64,000 bases of DNA from the human T2T-CHM13v2.0 reference genome, Homo sapiens (GCF_009914755.1 NC_060926.1); one strand, 5' to 3'. Numbered from the stretch's first letter, positions 28,010-40,580 are shown. Program-made: numbers and translations. The notes: a model not told the origin generated them from the sequence alone.

Positions 28010-28960
28010 CACACTGCACACCACACTGTGCAAACATACACTCACCACACATACACCATACAAACACACACCCCACATACATCATACAAACACACACCAC
28101 ACATACACCATAAAAACACACACACACCCCACAGATACATCATACAAACACACACACCACACATACACCATACATACAAACATACACATACACCACAGAT
28201 ACATCATATAAACACACATACCCCACATACATCATACAAACACATACACCACACATACGCCATGCAAACACACACACCACACATATATCATATAAACACT
28301 CACACATTACACATACAGCATATACACACGCACCACACACACTGCAAACACACACCCCACGTACACCATAGAAACACCATACACACCATGCAAATATACA
28401 TACACCATACAAACACACCCCACATACATCATACAGACACATGCCACACACTGCAAACACACATGGTACAGACACCACACACACCACACATACATCATGC
28501 AAACACAGACTACACACATGTGCAAACACACTCCACATACACTATACATACAAACACATACCCCACATACACCATACAAACACATACCTCACACACACCA
28601 TTGCATACCCACACCCTTCACACACCATACACATATATACCATACACACTGCACACACCCCACACACAATACACACACACCACACACACTGCAAACACAC
28701 ACCCCACACATGCTGCAAACACACACCATACACACACATATTATACAAACACATCACACACCATACACACACCACACACCATACATACACACCATAAACA
28801 CACACCATATACATTATGCAGACACACACACTGCACACCAAACATGCACTGCACACACACCAGGCAAACACACATAACACACAGATACACACACTATACA
28901 CAAATTATACATCAAGCAACCACATAATACAAACACATATTCAGACACACAACACCCACC
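28010..28960. repeat. Complex (CA/CAT/CACAC)n simple-repeat tract of about 950 bp
   Basis: Directly visible; gives the H/T-rich pseudo-ORFs. Confidence 0.97.
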
Positions 28961-30556
28961 CACCTTCTCTTTCCTTCTCTCCTCCTCCTCCACTTCCTCC
29001 ACCTCTCATCCTCTCCTAAGGAGTCTCCTCCGCATCAGAACCTCCCTTCATGGGACCAACACCTGCTGCCTGTGTTTTCCGGATGGGTCCTGGCCCTTGT
29101 CTGGAGTCACAGAGTTGGTCTGCCAGCTCGTGAGAATGACAGACTTTGGGATAGTTCAAAGCTGTTCTCATGTCTCCCCTAGGATTCTTCTTCCCCAGAC
29201 CCCTCAACTTTATCTTCAAAGACATGACTTCCAGACACCTCAATAAAAAGTCTTGAAAGACCCTGTTTCTATAAAGTCATGGGCATCTCTGATGAATTAG
29301 AAAATTCAGAGACTCACTCCCGTTCTCTGAGTGTTCCATCTAATCAGGGGTCATTGTACCCAGAGACTCTTTGGTGGCCTCCTTGCACCCAAGCACTCTG
29401 TAGCACTCATTAAAGAGAAGTGTTTCCAAAAAACAGCCTGAAACCAAACTGCTCATGAGCCCCAGAAGTGTCCCCTCCCCTCAACATGGTAGCCACAGGC
29501 TGCCTGGTATCCTGGGGAGCCCTAGCAGGTCGGAGCTGAGGGCATGACTGGGAAAATGCTGACTCCTCGGCTGGGACAGCACCAGAGAGCACTTGGACTT
29601 GGGCCCTGCAGACTTGTGAGTAAAACTTACTTCCAGGCTTACTTTGGAGGAGGAGCTGCTGGGCTGCGCCCTGTGCAGAGGTGAGAGTCCCTGCAATGGG
29701 GCCAGAACACTCAGCTGCCAAGCACTCCTGGAGGGCCTCAGGTGTGCAAGGCCCACCTGTGATCATGAAAGTGGGAATGCAGGCAGCAGGGCAGTATGGG
29801 CTGTCAGGGTCAAGGTTTCCACCCCAAAATGCCAAGGAGGAATGGGCAGTGTTGCTGCCTGCATTTCTTGGGCCTTTCCTGTGCCCAGACTCCTCCAGAT
29901 CTCAACCATCTCTTTCGAGACTCTGGAAAGAGAGCGGGCGCTGCTCTCCTCTCCACTCTCAGAGGAAGGACATTCAAGTAGAAGGTGCTGCAGAGGGAGC
30001 TCCTCTGAGAAAGGACTAGGGGAGTGTACTGTGAGCAGCAATCTGGGGCCGGGTCAGCGAGGCTGGCAGGCTCAGCTGCCCTGCCCCAGCAGCTGGCAGG
30101 CAGCAGGCCAGTCTCATAAGTAGACTTATGAGCCAAGCCCACAAGCCTGGGGTGTAAGTCACCTAGAGGGCCATGCCCCGTTCCTTCCAAGAGGACCTCA
30201 TCTTTAGGTGTCTGGCATATTTTTGTCCTGCGGACTATGTGCAGAGGGAGCTGAATTTCCAGAAGTTGCTTGTGGAACTCAGAATACGGGTGTGGTCATG
30301 GGAAATGCAGGCAGCAAATGCACATGGCATCAGGTTAGAACCGTCTAATGCCCCAGTTCCCCAGCTACACCAACCCTGGTCTGTTCTGGTGCAGAGCCAG
30401 GCAAGCTGAGTTCTGGGACCAGCCCCTCCTGCCCACTGGATGCCTGCCTCCTGGCTCTTCTGCACCTTGGCAGTATCAAGTATCGTAGAGAGGCTTTGAG
30501 TAGACAGACACTCTGGGCCACCTACCAGCCATTTCATCCTGAATATCTTTCATTCC

Positions 30557-30844
30557 TTTTTTTTTTTTTGAGACAAAGTCTCACTCTGTCTGCTGGAGTG
30601 CAGCGGTGCAATCTTGGCCCACTGCAACCTCCGCCTCCCAGATTCAAGCAATTCTTGTGCCCAGCTTCCCAAGTAGCTGGGATTACAGGCGTCCACTGAC
30701 ATGCCTGGCTGATTTTTGTATTTTTAGTAGAGACGGGGTTTCGCCATGTTAGCCAGGCTGGTCTCAAACTCATGGCCACAAGTGATCCGCCCACCTCGGA
30801 TTCCCAGAGTGCTGGGCGTGAGGCGTGAGCCACTGCACCTGGCC
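30557..30844 (-). mobile_element. AluS
   Basis: polyT plus Alu body. Confidence 0.93.
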
Positions 30845-30995
30845 CCCTTTCTTCATTTTTATAGTCCTAGTTTCCACATACATAAAATGGGGATAATAAT
30901 ACATGTCTGGGTATAATACTTGTAAATCACCTAGATTAACACCAGAAAAAGTATGAGTGCACACTAAACAACACAACAATAATAATATATGCTAT

Positions 30996-31535
30996 TGTGT
31001 CCAGAGTTGGTTCCTGGTGGGTTCGTGGTCTCACTGACTTCAAGAATTGAGCCACAGACCTTCGCGGTGAAGAGCAAAGGACAAAGCTTCCACATGGAAG
31101 GGGACCCACCGGGTTGCCCTGGGGTGACCAGCTTTTATTCCCTTATTTGTCCCTTCCCATGTTCTGTTTTTGTCCTATCAGAACGCCCTTTTTTCCATCC
31201 TCCCTGTGATTGGCTACTTTTAGGATCCTGCTGATTGGTGCATTTTACAGAGTGCGGATTGGTGCATTTTACAGAGTGCTGATTGGCGCGTTTTACAGAG
31301 CACTAATTGCTGCATTTTATAATCCTCTTGCTAGCTACAGAGCGCTGATTGGTGCATTTTACAGAGTGCTGATTGGTGCATTTTACAATCCTCTTGCTAG
31401 CTACAGAGTGCTGATTGGTGCATTTTACACTCCTAGCTGCAGTGCTGATTGGTGCGTTTTACAATCCTCTCATAAGAAAGAAAAGTTCTCCAAGTCCCCA
31501 CTCGACCCAGGAAGTCCAGCTGGCTTCACCGTTCA
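30996..31535 (-). mobile_element. LTR12-family (ERV9; short LTR12/LTR12F-like) solo LTR
   Basis: Reverse complement starts TGAAC-GGTGAAGCCAGCTGGACTTCCTGGGTCGAGTGGGGACTTGGAGAACTTTT and ends GGACACA. Tandem ctgattggtgcattttacagag repeats. Perfect TSD ctat (30992-30995, 31536-31539). Confidence 0.88.
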
Positions 31536-31754
31536 CTATGACCTCTCTAATAGTACCATATGCTGTGACATCTATGATAATAGTAAGACAGTGAGGGTGA
31601 GGGCACCTGCAGCACGGCCTGGCCGACTGCTGCCCCTTTGACCTGCTTCTCCCCAGATGTTCACATCGGATCGGCTCATCCTCAGCTCTTGATGGCCTGT
31701 GAGTTATTTGGCTTTGTTAGGATTTCAGCGTTCCTTGCTCTGATCCATTATGTG

Positions 31755-32240
31755 TGTGGTGAGCAGAATAATGGCCCCCAAAGATGTCTATGCCCTAAAC
31801 CCTAAAAACTCATGACTATGTTACCATACATGGCAAAGAGAAAGTCAGGTTGCAGATGGAATTAAAGTTGCTAACCAGCTGACTTTAAAATAAAGAGATT
31901 ACCCGGGATTATCCAGGTGGGCCCTGTGTAATCACAAAGGGTCCTTATGAGTAGAAGAGAGAGGCAGAGGAGAAGGTCAGAGTGGCATGATGTGAGCACT
32001 CCCCTTTGAAGATGGAGGAAGAAGCCTCCAGAGAAGGGATGAAGGCAACTTCTAGCAACTGGAAAGGCAAGGAAACAGCTTCTACCCTAGAGCCTGCAGG
32101 AGGAACCAGCCTTGCAGATGCCTTGATTTTGGCCCAGTGAGACCACGTTGGAGTTCTGATGGACGGAACTATAATATATTTTTATAGTGTGGTGCCACTA
32201 CATTTATGGTCATTCGTTACAGCCATAAACAACTAATATG
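31755..32240. mobile_element. MLT1D-like LTR
   Basis: tgtggt..gcagaataatggcccccaaagatgtc...ggattatccaggtgggccc...ctagagcct...aactaata. Confidence 0.85.
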
Positions 32241-34843
32241 TGTGTTGATATTACAGTTTAGTGTCCAGGGTATAGAAGTATTCTTATCCCCAAGTTCCTA
32301 GCAGACACCACTCTGTTACCAGCACATTCCATGGACTCAGGGGCTCATTTGTCTTCCTGTGTTGGAGCAAGTGCTCTGAAAAGGCTACCACATGGAGGGC
32401 CACTTTGCAGACTCTGTTGTCAGGGAGGGAAGCAGACGACCCCCAAGGAAAGCAGAACATCCAAACCTCGCACACAGAGCTAATGGTAATAATAATGGAA
32501 TGAGAATTCATTCTGATTTTGCCCATTTGGATTCCTTGAGCCCTGTGTCTGAAAATTAGCTGTGGTTGCCATAACCTTAATTATACTCAGCAGGGCAGAG
32601 TTGCTTGCTGATTTATGACGCACAGTTGTGACCTGGGAGTAGCTGTCATCCTCAGCTGCTGACACGGACACGACAACGGCGCTCTGTGTCTATAACGGGG
32701 AGTATCAATTACTTTCCTGCAGCAGGAAGAACAGCTCAGAGTCTTGGAATGATCTGGACAGAAACGTTAAACACTTGTCTCGTATAAATTCAGCCCACAT
32801 CCATCTGGGCTCATTAAATCATTGAATTGCTCAGAAGCACCAAATTACATCTTTCTAACAAATTATATTTTTAAAGCTGCTTGTTTATTTCACATCTGGA
32901 AGTTGAGGCAAAAGCCAAAACTTGCATTCAAAGTCTGAGAAATCATCTCGCCCTTTGCCTTCCTTTCTTTCCTTGGGGAAGAGAGAGGAGGAGCAGGTGT
33001 TTGGAAGAGGTGGAGGATGGCAGAAGGCCACAGGTAGGATGGCGCTGGTCCTGTGGGCCCTCGCAGCCTCAGTTTGTGTGCCTGCTGTCTGATTTCACAG
33101 ACCGCTGGCTGCATCCCGGCAGCCATCTGTCCTCCTTGAAGGAGGGCCAGCAGGAAGCCCTCACAGAGACGCTGAGCTGGGAGGAAGGAGGTGCCTCCGC
33201 CTGCCCTCCTTCCTTCCCGCCTGCATGTCCCTGAGAGCAGAGTCTAGTTCGCCGGCAGATAGCCCATGGGAACCAGTCCAACCATCGTGCACCTGTAGAT
33301 GCTCCGAGACACTTAGAGTTGGCTGGTATTCGGGACTGGGACCCAGAACCTGGCCTGTTCTGCTTCCCCAGGAGTAGGAACACTGCACCCCCAAGTCAGC
33401 CTCAGGAGCCCATCCTCCATGCCTCCTCCTCTTGCCAGCCTGGTGCAAGCTGGGCCTGTGTGCCCAGGGGCTGTGCACTCCATAGGACTGGGCCTTGGTC
33501 TCCTGTCTGCACATTTTTCCTGAGCCTGGCACCAAGCCAAACTGCCCCAAAGCCATGGCTTCTGCGCCCCAGGCTCTGTGAACACGTGGGGTGGGGAAGG
33601 GCAAAGGCTTCCTCCCTGAGCATGCACTCAGCTCGATTTTCAGACACCAATGTGCAAGCATTCCCTCCCAGAGCTGCTGAAAATCCACATTCCCTAGTTC
33701 ATTCCCCCTAAGTAGTATCAAGTAGGTCCAGGATGGGCCCAGGGAACTGTGGGGGGTCCTGAAGTATGTGAGCCACACTTGGAGCAGGTGTGCAGTAATC
33801 CCTGTGGCGATGGGGCTTGCAGACTGGTGCAGGAGGCAGGATGGGTTGGGTAAACAGGTGAATGGCTGGGCAGTGGAAGATGGTAAGAGCTGGGAAAGGG
33901 CAGGCCCGGCGTGGCCACACAGGGAAGGGCGTTCTGGGCAGAGGGAGCAGCATATGGAGGAGCCCTGAGGTGGGTGCACCTGGGGTCGCTAGGGCGCGGC
34001 AGGGCAGAGCTGGTGGAGTGGGAAGGGCGCAGTGTGGAGGGCCTGGGAATGCTGGGGCGTTTAGACTGTGGCCCCTCCTCTGAGAGGGATGGGGACTGCT
34101 GGAGCCCTCTGAGCCTTTGCCCAAAAGGAGCCTCAGCTGTGAGGCAACTCAGTCCAAGCAGGGTGAAAGCAGGAGGCCCAGAGTGGGCAGCCGCCAGGAC
34201 CAGGAGCCACCCACAGGAGACCTGCACGGAGGCCACCAGGGAAGGCATCCAGAGCCGCGGGGGCCGTGTCTCCTAGACAGCCTCGGCGTCTGTGGAGATG
34301 GGTACCCGGGCAGTCCAGTGCTGGTTATTGAGTGCCTTCGCCCTGCCAGGCCCATCTCGGTGCTGCTCAGCAAAGTGGGTGTCTGAGGGACCGTCAGCCA
34401 GGGGTTTTTAGGCAGAGAGAATAGCTGCACCCTGCCTGCCACAAAATCCACCACATGTGGGATCTGGGCTTTAGATGTGCGGTCCAACACCCTGGTGGCC
34501 CAGGGGCATCTTCTCTCAGCCCTTACTGCACAATCCTCACCCACAAAAGGGCTGGGGGTGCAGGGGCCCAGCCAGGCTTCGGGCAAGCATGCCCCTGTGG
34601 AGTTTCCCCAGGGCAGAGGGAGGCCCAGCTAGTGGGAGTGGGGATGGGGCCCTGCCTGTCAGACTCTAAGCATAAGGGCCGAGGGCACAAGGCCCAACTG
34701 GTTCGTCCTTGGCAGTGTTTTAGAGGAAGGCTCTCCTGGGGCCACCACAGCTGCTTTTCAGCCTTGTTCCTCCTCCTCTGTGGCTTGCAGGATGGGTGTG
34801 GGATAGCAGAGCAGGGGGGTGTGTGTGTATGTGTGTGTGTGTC

Positions 34844-35290
34844 CTGTCAAACATAATCATAGCCGGACACTAGTGAAAGTAGTCAGACAGGTTTTAATCG
34901 GCAACATAACTGACATTTGCAATGGGGAATAGGGTCCAGGCTGAGCTGAGCTCAGGTTCAATTGGCACACAAGTGACTGGGGGTTTCCAAGAGAGAATGA
35001 GGGAGCAGGGAGGCAGCGAGTGGGGGCTCAGGAGAGTGGGGGAAGTGAAAAGTTACAGATGGTGGAAGCGGGTGGTCCGTGTGAACACATCTGGACATGC
35101 TGACGTGCTCACTGAAGTCAGGAGACAGTGTGTGGCTGTCCTCAGGTGTGGCTGGAACCCACAGTCGATTCTTTTGGCTGCCGTGAGGTTTCTCAGGCAG
35201 GCACTTTAAAGGGGACTGGGGTCAGCCTAGGGATGCCACCTTGAGCTGTTAGAAGCTATGTTAGTGGTTGTTCAAGTTGTTATAGGCAGA
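34844..35290. mobile_element. Probable old ERV LTR (MER67-like; subfamily uncertain)
   Basis: gacactagtgaaagtagtcagacaggttttaatc...ttgcaatgggg...gagaatgagggag...ggaagtgaaa. Confidence 0.5.
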
Positions 35291-35724
35291 GGTGAGGCCC
35301 AGCCAAGAAGAGGGCTCAGAGGAGCCAGGCTGGAGTGTGGTCGAGGAGAGAACTCTTGGTCAGTGCCACAGCTAAGTGTTGCCAGGAGCACCTGCCACAG
35401 CCCAGAGAGCCCCTGGGGTGCACTCAGAGCTCCAGCACCTGCCACGCAGCACACCCCATGCCCCTGGGTCCCTGCAAGCAGAGGCCATGCAGGGAAGACC
35501 CCAGGGAAGGCTCCTGTCTCTGATTCCACACTACAGCATATTGGTCTGAAGACAGGGACTCCAAAGAGGCCTCAGAGGCTGCAGGGGGCCCAAGTCTTGT
35601 GGAAATGAGATGTGGGGAAAGTTGGGCCTTATTGATGTTGATGTTGTGGCCTCAGCCAGTTCCAATGCTAAGGCACTGGGAAAAAAATCTTATGATTTTT
35701 GGAGCACATTTAAAAATAAGGACA

Positions 35725-36013
35725 GGTTAGGCACGGTGGCTCATGCTCGTAATCCCAGCACTTGGAGAGCCTGAGGCCAGCGGATCACTTGCACTCAGGA
35801 GTTCAAGACCAGCCTGGGCAACATAGCAAGACCCCATCTCTACAAAAAAAAATTAGAAATTGGCTGGGCATGGTGGTATGTGCCTTGGTCCCAGCTATTC
35901 GGGAGGCTGAGGTGGGAGGCTTACTTGAGCCTGGGAGCTCAAGGCTTCGGTGAGCTAGGATCATACCACGGCACTCCAGCCTGGGTGGAAGAGCAAGACC
36001 CTGTCTCAAAAAA
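35725..36013 (+). mobile_element. AluJ
   Basis: AluJ diagnostics (ggaggctgaggtgggagg, cctgggcaacatag); TSD aaaataaggaca. Confidence 0.93.
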
Positions 36014-36560
36014 ATAAGGACAATTTACATAAACAATGTTCCAAGTACCTTTCACACATCACATTGGGCCCCAACCTGTGAGGTGGTGCTGCAGTTGAGG
36101 AGCGTGCTTTTCAGAGGAACCTGCAGAGGGAGAGGTGAGGACACGAGCCCAGGGTCTTGACACTGGGATGGGGCAAATGGGGACACAGTTTTTCCTGACC
36201 CTCCCCCGCCCCTGCCCCTGGGAGGCCGCAGTCTAGGTGGGTGGGCCAGGGCAGGAGCGTGGATATGAGATGGGGGGCTGTGCTTGGGTGGAGAATCTTC
36301 AAGGGAGTGAAACAGTCCAGCTTCTTCGTAGATCAGCGTCTAAAAGGACAGCAGGGGGAAATGCCTTTTAAATTTTTTTTATTAAAAAATGAAAAATTTC
36401 CAGAGTTTTGAAAAAATTAAAAATAAAGATAAATAGAAATTGTATAAAGTGGGAAAATAGCAGCAAATAACAATAATTTACACCGAGGGAAGAAGAGAAA
36501 GCACGACCCAGCAGATGGAGATTGTCTGTGTGGGGCTCACCCACTGTGCTGTTTCCCCAG

Positions 36561-36729
36561 GTACCGCGTGGTGGTCTCGTACCCACCCCAGAGTGAGGCG
36601 GAGATCGAGCTGAAGGAAGGCGACATCGTCTTTGTGCACAAGAAGCGTGAGGACGGCTGGTACAAGGGGACCCTGCAGCGGAACGGCCGCACAGGCCTCT
36701 TCCCGGGCAGCTTCGTCGAGAGCTTCTGA
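36561..36729 (+). CDS. SH3RF3: SH3RF3 last coding exon, C-terminal SH3 domain: (R)[55 protein letters not shown]
   Basis: Acceptor gtttccccag|G at 36560/36561 completes the AG+G Arg codon from the previous exon. SH3 motifs are present (YPPQ..EL.L.EGD, DGW.KG, GLFP.SFV). TGA at 36727-36729. The ORF track misses it because there is no start codon. Confidence 0.97.
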
Positions 36730-39695
36730 GAACTGGTGCTCCCTGCACCCAGCTCACAGAGGGGGAGGCCGCCTGGGAAGCTCCATGGCACACAGAGAGG
36801 GAGCCATGGCGCCCCAAGGGTTCCAGGTCATCTCCAAGGCACCTGGCGGGGGATACCCTGGCCCAGGGTGGGGGCCAGGGACTGTGGAGGTCGTGCCTTC
36901 TCCCAAAACCCCCAAACGGAGAGCACACCTGGGATGTTCTTCAAGGAAATGCCCACCCCCTCTGTGGAAACTGCAAAGAAAGCACCTTGAGGAAGAGAGG
37001 CAGGTGCCGGCGCAGGCAGGCCTGTGGCTGTGGTTTGCAGCCATGGCAGCGTTCTCATTTACCACCTAAGCAGGGTTGGAGGTTGCAGGAGGTCTGCAGG
37101 CGAGGTGGGTGGCATGGGGGCCAGGAGCGCTGGAGATCATCTTTCTGGGCTGCCCTGGGCTTCCCGCGGGGCCCAGGTTGCTCTGTCACCATTCTATATA
37201 CCTCAGTCACCTGCCGCCCGGCTGCTCAGCAGGGGTGTTTGTGAGGCCCTGGGGGTGCCCCGGAAGGGGCACCCCACCGCCCCTGTTGGGAACCAGAGCA
37301 GAATCTGTGGGCTTGTCGCCTGCCAGTAGTATAAGCAACACTTTCTGTTCACCACCATTGTCCCTTGCATTACTTCTTTCTTACAGCATATTTTTAACAT
37401 AAAGCTGTTAGACTTTATATATTTCTAATAGGTCAGACATTGCCTATTTTTCATACATCTGGTGCTGCCTTTTTGTAAAACTAATAATGACTTGGTTGAG
37501 CTTGAAAGAAAAGATGTCTGAGGCGACATCAAAGGGGCAGAATTTTTATATTTCCCATATGGCTTTGGGAGAGCGCCGAGAAGCCGCCATCCCGCACCTC
37601 AGCACTGGCCAGTACTCTGGGGGCTGGCGGGGTGGATCCATTGAGGGGGTCGGAGGGAGCTTGGAAGCAGCCGGTTTCTTTAAACTCTTACCAAAACCCC
37701 GCGCTCTGTCTAGACGGTGATGATTATTATTCAAGACCTGGAAACATTTCGAGGAAGGGCCACTATAATTGTCCTTTTGTGTGGCGGTAGAAGGAGCACG
37801 CAGGTCAACCCCAGCCGGGAAGGCAAAATCTTCCCTTTATTGCCTCAGAGAGAACTGCAATTAGCATTCTCAGAAGATGATTTCTTGGTATCAAAATGTG
37901 CAGTTTCTACAACAGTTTAGATCACCACCACCATTTTTCTTCTTTTTTAAAAATAAATAACTGCTCCCATTTCAGGCAGTGCAAACCTTCATCTGCTGGA
38001 GACCAGAGGTACAAGGAGATCAGGGGGTTGCAGCACCGCTGCAGGCTTGCAAGATCGGGGAGTTGGGAGGGCGAGAGAGGAGGAGGTGCAGCTTTGATGC
38101 TGGGACCTCCCTGAGTGGGGCTGATGAATGTATATTCATTAGCACCATGGCTCACTTCCCAGGAAGACTGATCAGGAGCCCTTCAGGGACAATTTTGTTC
38201 TCAAGATTCACACCTTAGGAACACATTTTTATCACCTCAAAATTTTGATCCATCACCCCTCTCTCCACCTATATTTTTACAAATACCATTCAGACTTAAA
38301 TTAAGCTGAAGAAACTAGCCTTTGGTAACATAGGGTGTCATTGGTTTTCAGGGATGTAACCAATTCCAGAAATACATTCTTTTGCCTGGCATGAAGACTT
38401 TGAAACACGGGCCGCTTATTTTCAGAGTTCCTGTTTTGGGACGTGACTTGGCTACTTGTTACTTCCAGGTGGTTACCACACGGCGGGGGTCATGCCTTTC
38501 CCTCCCCCAAGATGATAATAGATTTAATAGACTCAAAGAAGTTGTTCAGAATCAAAGAAGAAAAAGTCTGGCTTAAACATAGTAACTTCTGTGTGCCAGG
38601 TTAATGACAACCAAAAGCTCTCTATTTACCATTATTGCCAAACTTCATCAGTTGCCCATCCTGCACCAAAATCCTGTGCGTGTTTAAATTCACGTTGTCA
38701 CCAAAGAGGTGCACAGATCAACAACCTGGATGACGCAGGTGTTCTCCAGGGAAACCAGACCAAGTCAAGTCTCCAGGTAACTTTTTTGAAGTCTTTTTTT
38801 TAAGGCGCGCAGGTACCAAGCAACAGAATAGAGTAACCTGAACGTTCTTACTCTCCCAGGCATGGCCCACGTGGTGCTTCAGGTAGAAATGTGCTTCACC
38901 CTCCTGGTGGGGGGCGAGGACACAGCCCACTGCATGCAGCATGGTAGAGAGCTGGGGCGAATATCTCCATGTCTTTGGAGGATGTCAGCTGGCCGCTTTC
39001 AGGGCAGAGTCGGGTGGGCGTTGGTGCCACCTTAGGAAGGAGAGCGATGCGTGGGTCTGGCCAGAGCTCTGGAGCCAATGCCGGGCTGCCTGAGAGCAGA
39101 GGAAATGCATGGCCCATGTGCATTTCTGAGTATTTTAAACTCGTTCAGGCCCTGCAGCCTTCATGATGATGTAGCTTGCAGAGAAGAGCAGGAGCAGAAT
39201 TAGCCCTTTCTTCAGGCCATCTTGCCTCAAAGGGTACACATGTTTGGCGGTTAAGATGAAACTAACCCTTATGTTTCATCCTGGCCCCATGATGTACACA
39301 TCTTAGCCATGTAGTGGCCTTGGGGGGCCACAGAGATTTCCTTTGAGGAGCATGGTAGAGTCCACAGCCATGGCTGAAGTCAGTGGACACCGAGGGGACA
39401 GGACTGCAGGCCACCAGGGGCCTCTGCCCAGAGGGAGGCAGAGAGGATGGCGGCCACGGGTGCTCTCCTGGCATCCTCATGGGGTGATGCCAGGCCGGGC
39501 ACTTCAAAACAGGCTCAGCCGACTGGGAGATCCTTTGTACTTTGCACAGTTCACACACACAAACACACACACCCTATCCCAAGTGTTTTTGTTAGACACA
39601 AATGTCAGCGTGTGATTTTGGAAGACTTGTCAGTGATGACAAACCATGATGCCTGTGTTTCTGAGTCTTTAAATAAAAATGAACATGGAGAAGGC
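36730..39695 (+). other. SH3RF3: SH3RF3 3'UTR (about 3 kb)
   Basis: Runs from the stop codon to the AATAAA with a GT-rich downstream element. No obvious transposon inside. Confidence 0.8.
39672..39677 (+). terminator. SH3RF3: Polyadenylation signal AATAAA (cleavage about 39690-39700)
   Basis: tttaAATAAAaatgaac followed about 20-35 nt later by GT-rich ggcttgtgtctacgtgttgg, with upstream TGTA elements. Confidence 0.8.
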
Positions 39696-40451
39696 TTGTG
39701 TCTACGTGTTGGGAGGAGCAGGGTCCAGCAGAGGCCAAGAGGGACCCAGGTAGGAGCAGAACCTGAAGGTTTGGCCCACCTGCCTGCTGACCAGCCCAGC
39801 TGGCTTACGCACCTGCCTCTCAGTGCTCTTGTGTGGGGTGCACCGAATCTGTATCAGGATGGCATTAGTCAAGGAGATGGGAGAGTCGTGACATCAAATG
39901 TCTGTACCCAGCACATGCCAGAGACCCAGGAGCTGGGCAGTAAGAGCCAAGCCACAGAAGCCAGCGGTGGGCTGGGTGGGGAGGGTCTCCAGTTCCCCTC
40001 TAGGGGCTCATGTGCCTGGAAGGGCAGGGTGGCTTGCTGTAGATGACTCGCCTCCTTTTCTTGTCATTATTCAAGTCCTTCGTAACCAGAAGTGCCTGGT
40101 ATTAACCTCGGAGACCAGCACTCTCCTGGTCTTACCCTTGTCTCTCTGGCCCTTGGGGCGCCTGAGCCATGGCTGCCATTCCCTGGAGCACAGGATGGGG
40201 GTGCAGGGAATCCCACCAACAGAAGAGCCCAGGAGCCCACTGATCTCCAGAAAGGTGCATCTGTCTCCAATCAGCCAGCCTGACACCTGGCAGAGGGCTG
40301 GGCCGCCAGCCTGATCCATGCCTGGAACCACGTGTTTCTTGAAACAGGCTTTCACTGTTCTCTTGGCTGAGACACATCTACGTATACATTTGAGCTGGAA
40401 GAACACTTAGCAAAGAGCCATTTTACTCTACCATAAAAATTAAGTGACCTT

Positions 40452-40580
40452 GCCAGGCAGTGGTGCATGCCTGTAGTCCTAGCTACTCTGGAGGCTAAGG
40501 CAGGAGGATTGCTTGAGCCCAGGAGTTCAAGTCCAGCCTGGGCAACATAGACCCTTGTATGAGCAAATAAAATAATTTTT
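40452..40580 (+). mobile_element. FLAM/Alu monomer
   Basis: gccaggcagtggtgcatgcctgtagtcctagc...ggattgcttgagcccaggagttc. Confidence 0.85.

Noticed and set aside
27848-28927. 359-aa His/Thr-rich ORF, the longest in the track
   Set aside because: Translation of a CA simple repeat that rarely forms stop codons; no domain or splice context.
31210-31641. ORF with repeated LIGAFYRV, and a repeat array superficially like CRISPR
   Set aside because: These are the U3 tandem CCAAT repeats of the LTR12 element. There are no unique spacers or cas genes, and the DNA is eukaryotic.
33161-34586. Several overlapping 120-272 aa ORFs on both strands
   Set aside because: GC-rich intron with low stop frequency; no recognisable domain or exon structure.
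36422-36427. AATAAA 135 nt upstream of the last-exon acceptor
   Set aside because: Sits in an A-rich low-complexity patch with no clear GU-rich downstream element.
36632-37069. 145-aa alternative-frame ORF overlapping the SH3RF3 stop codon
   Set aside because: Non-ATG start, GC-rich by-product; exon skipping enters a different frame.
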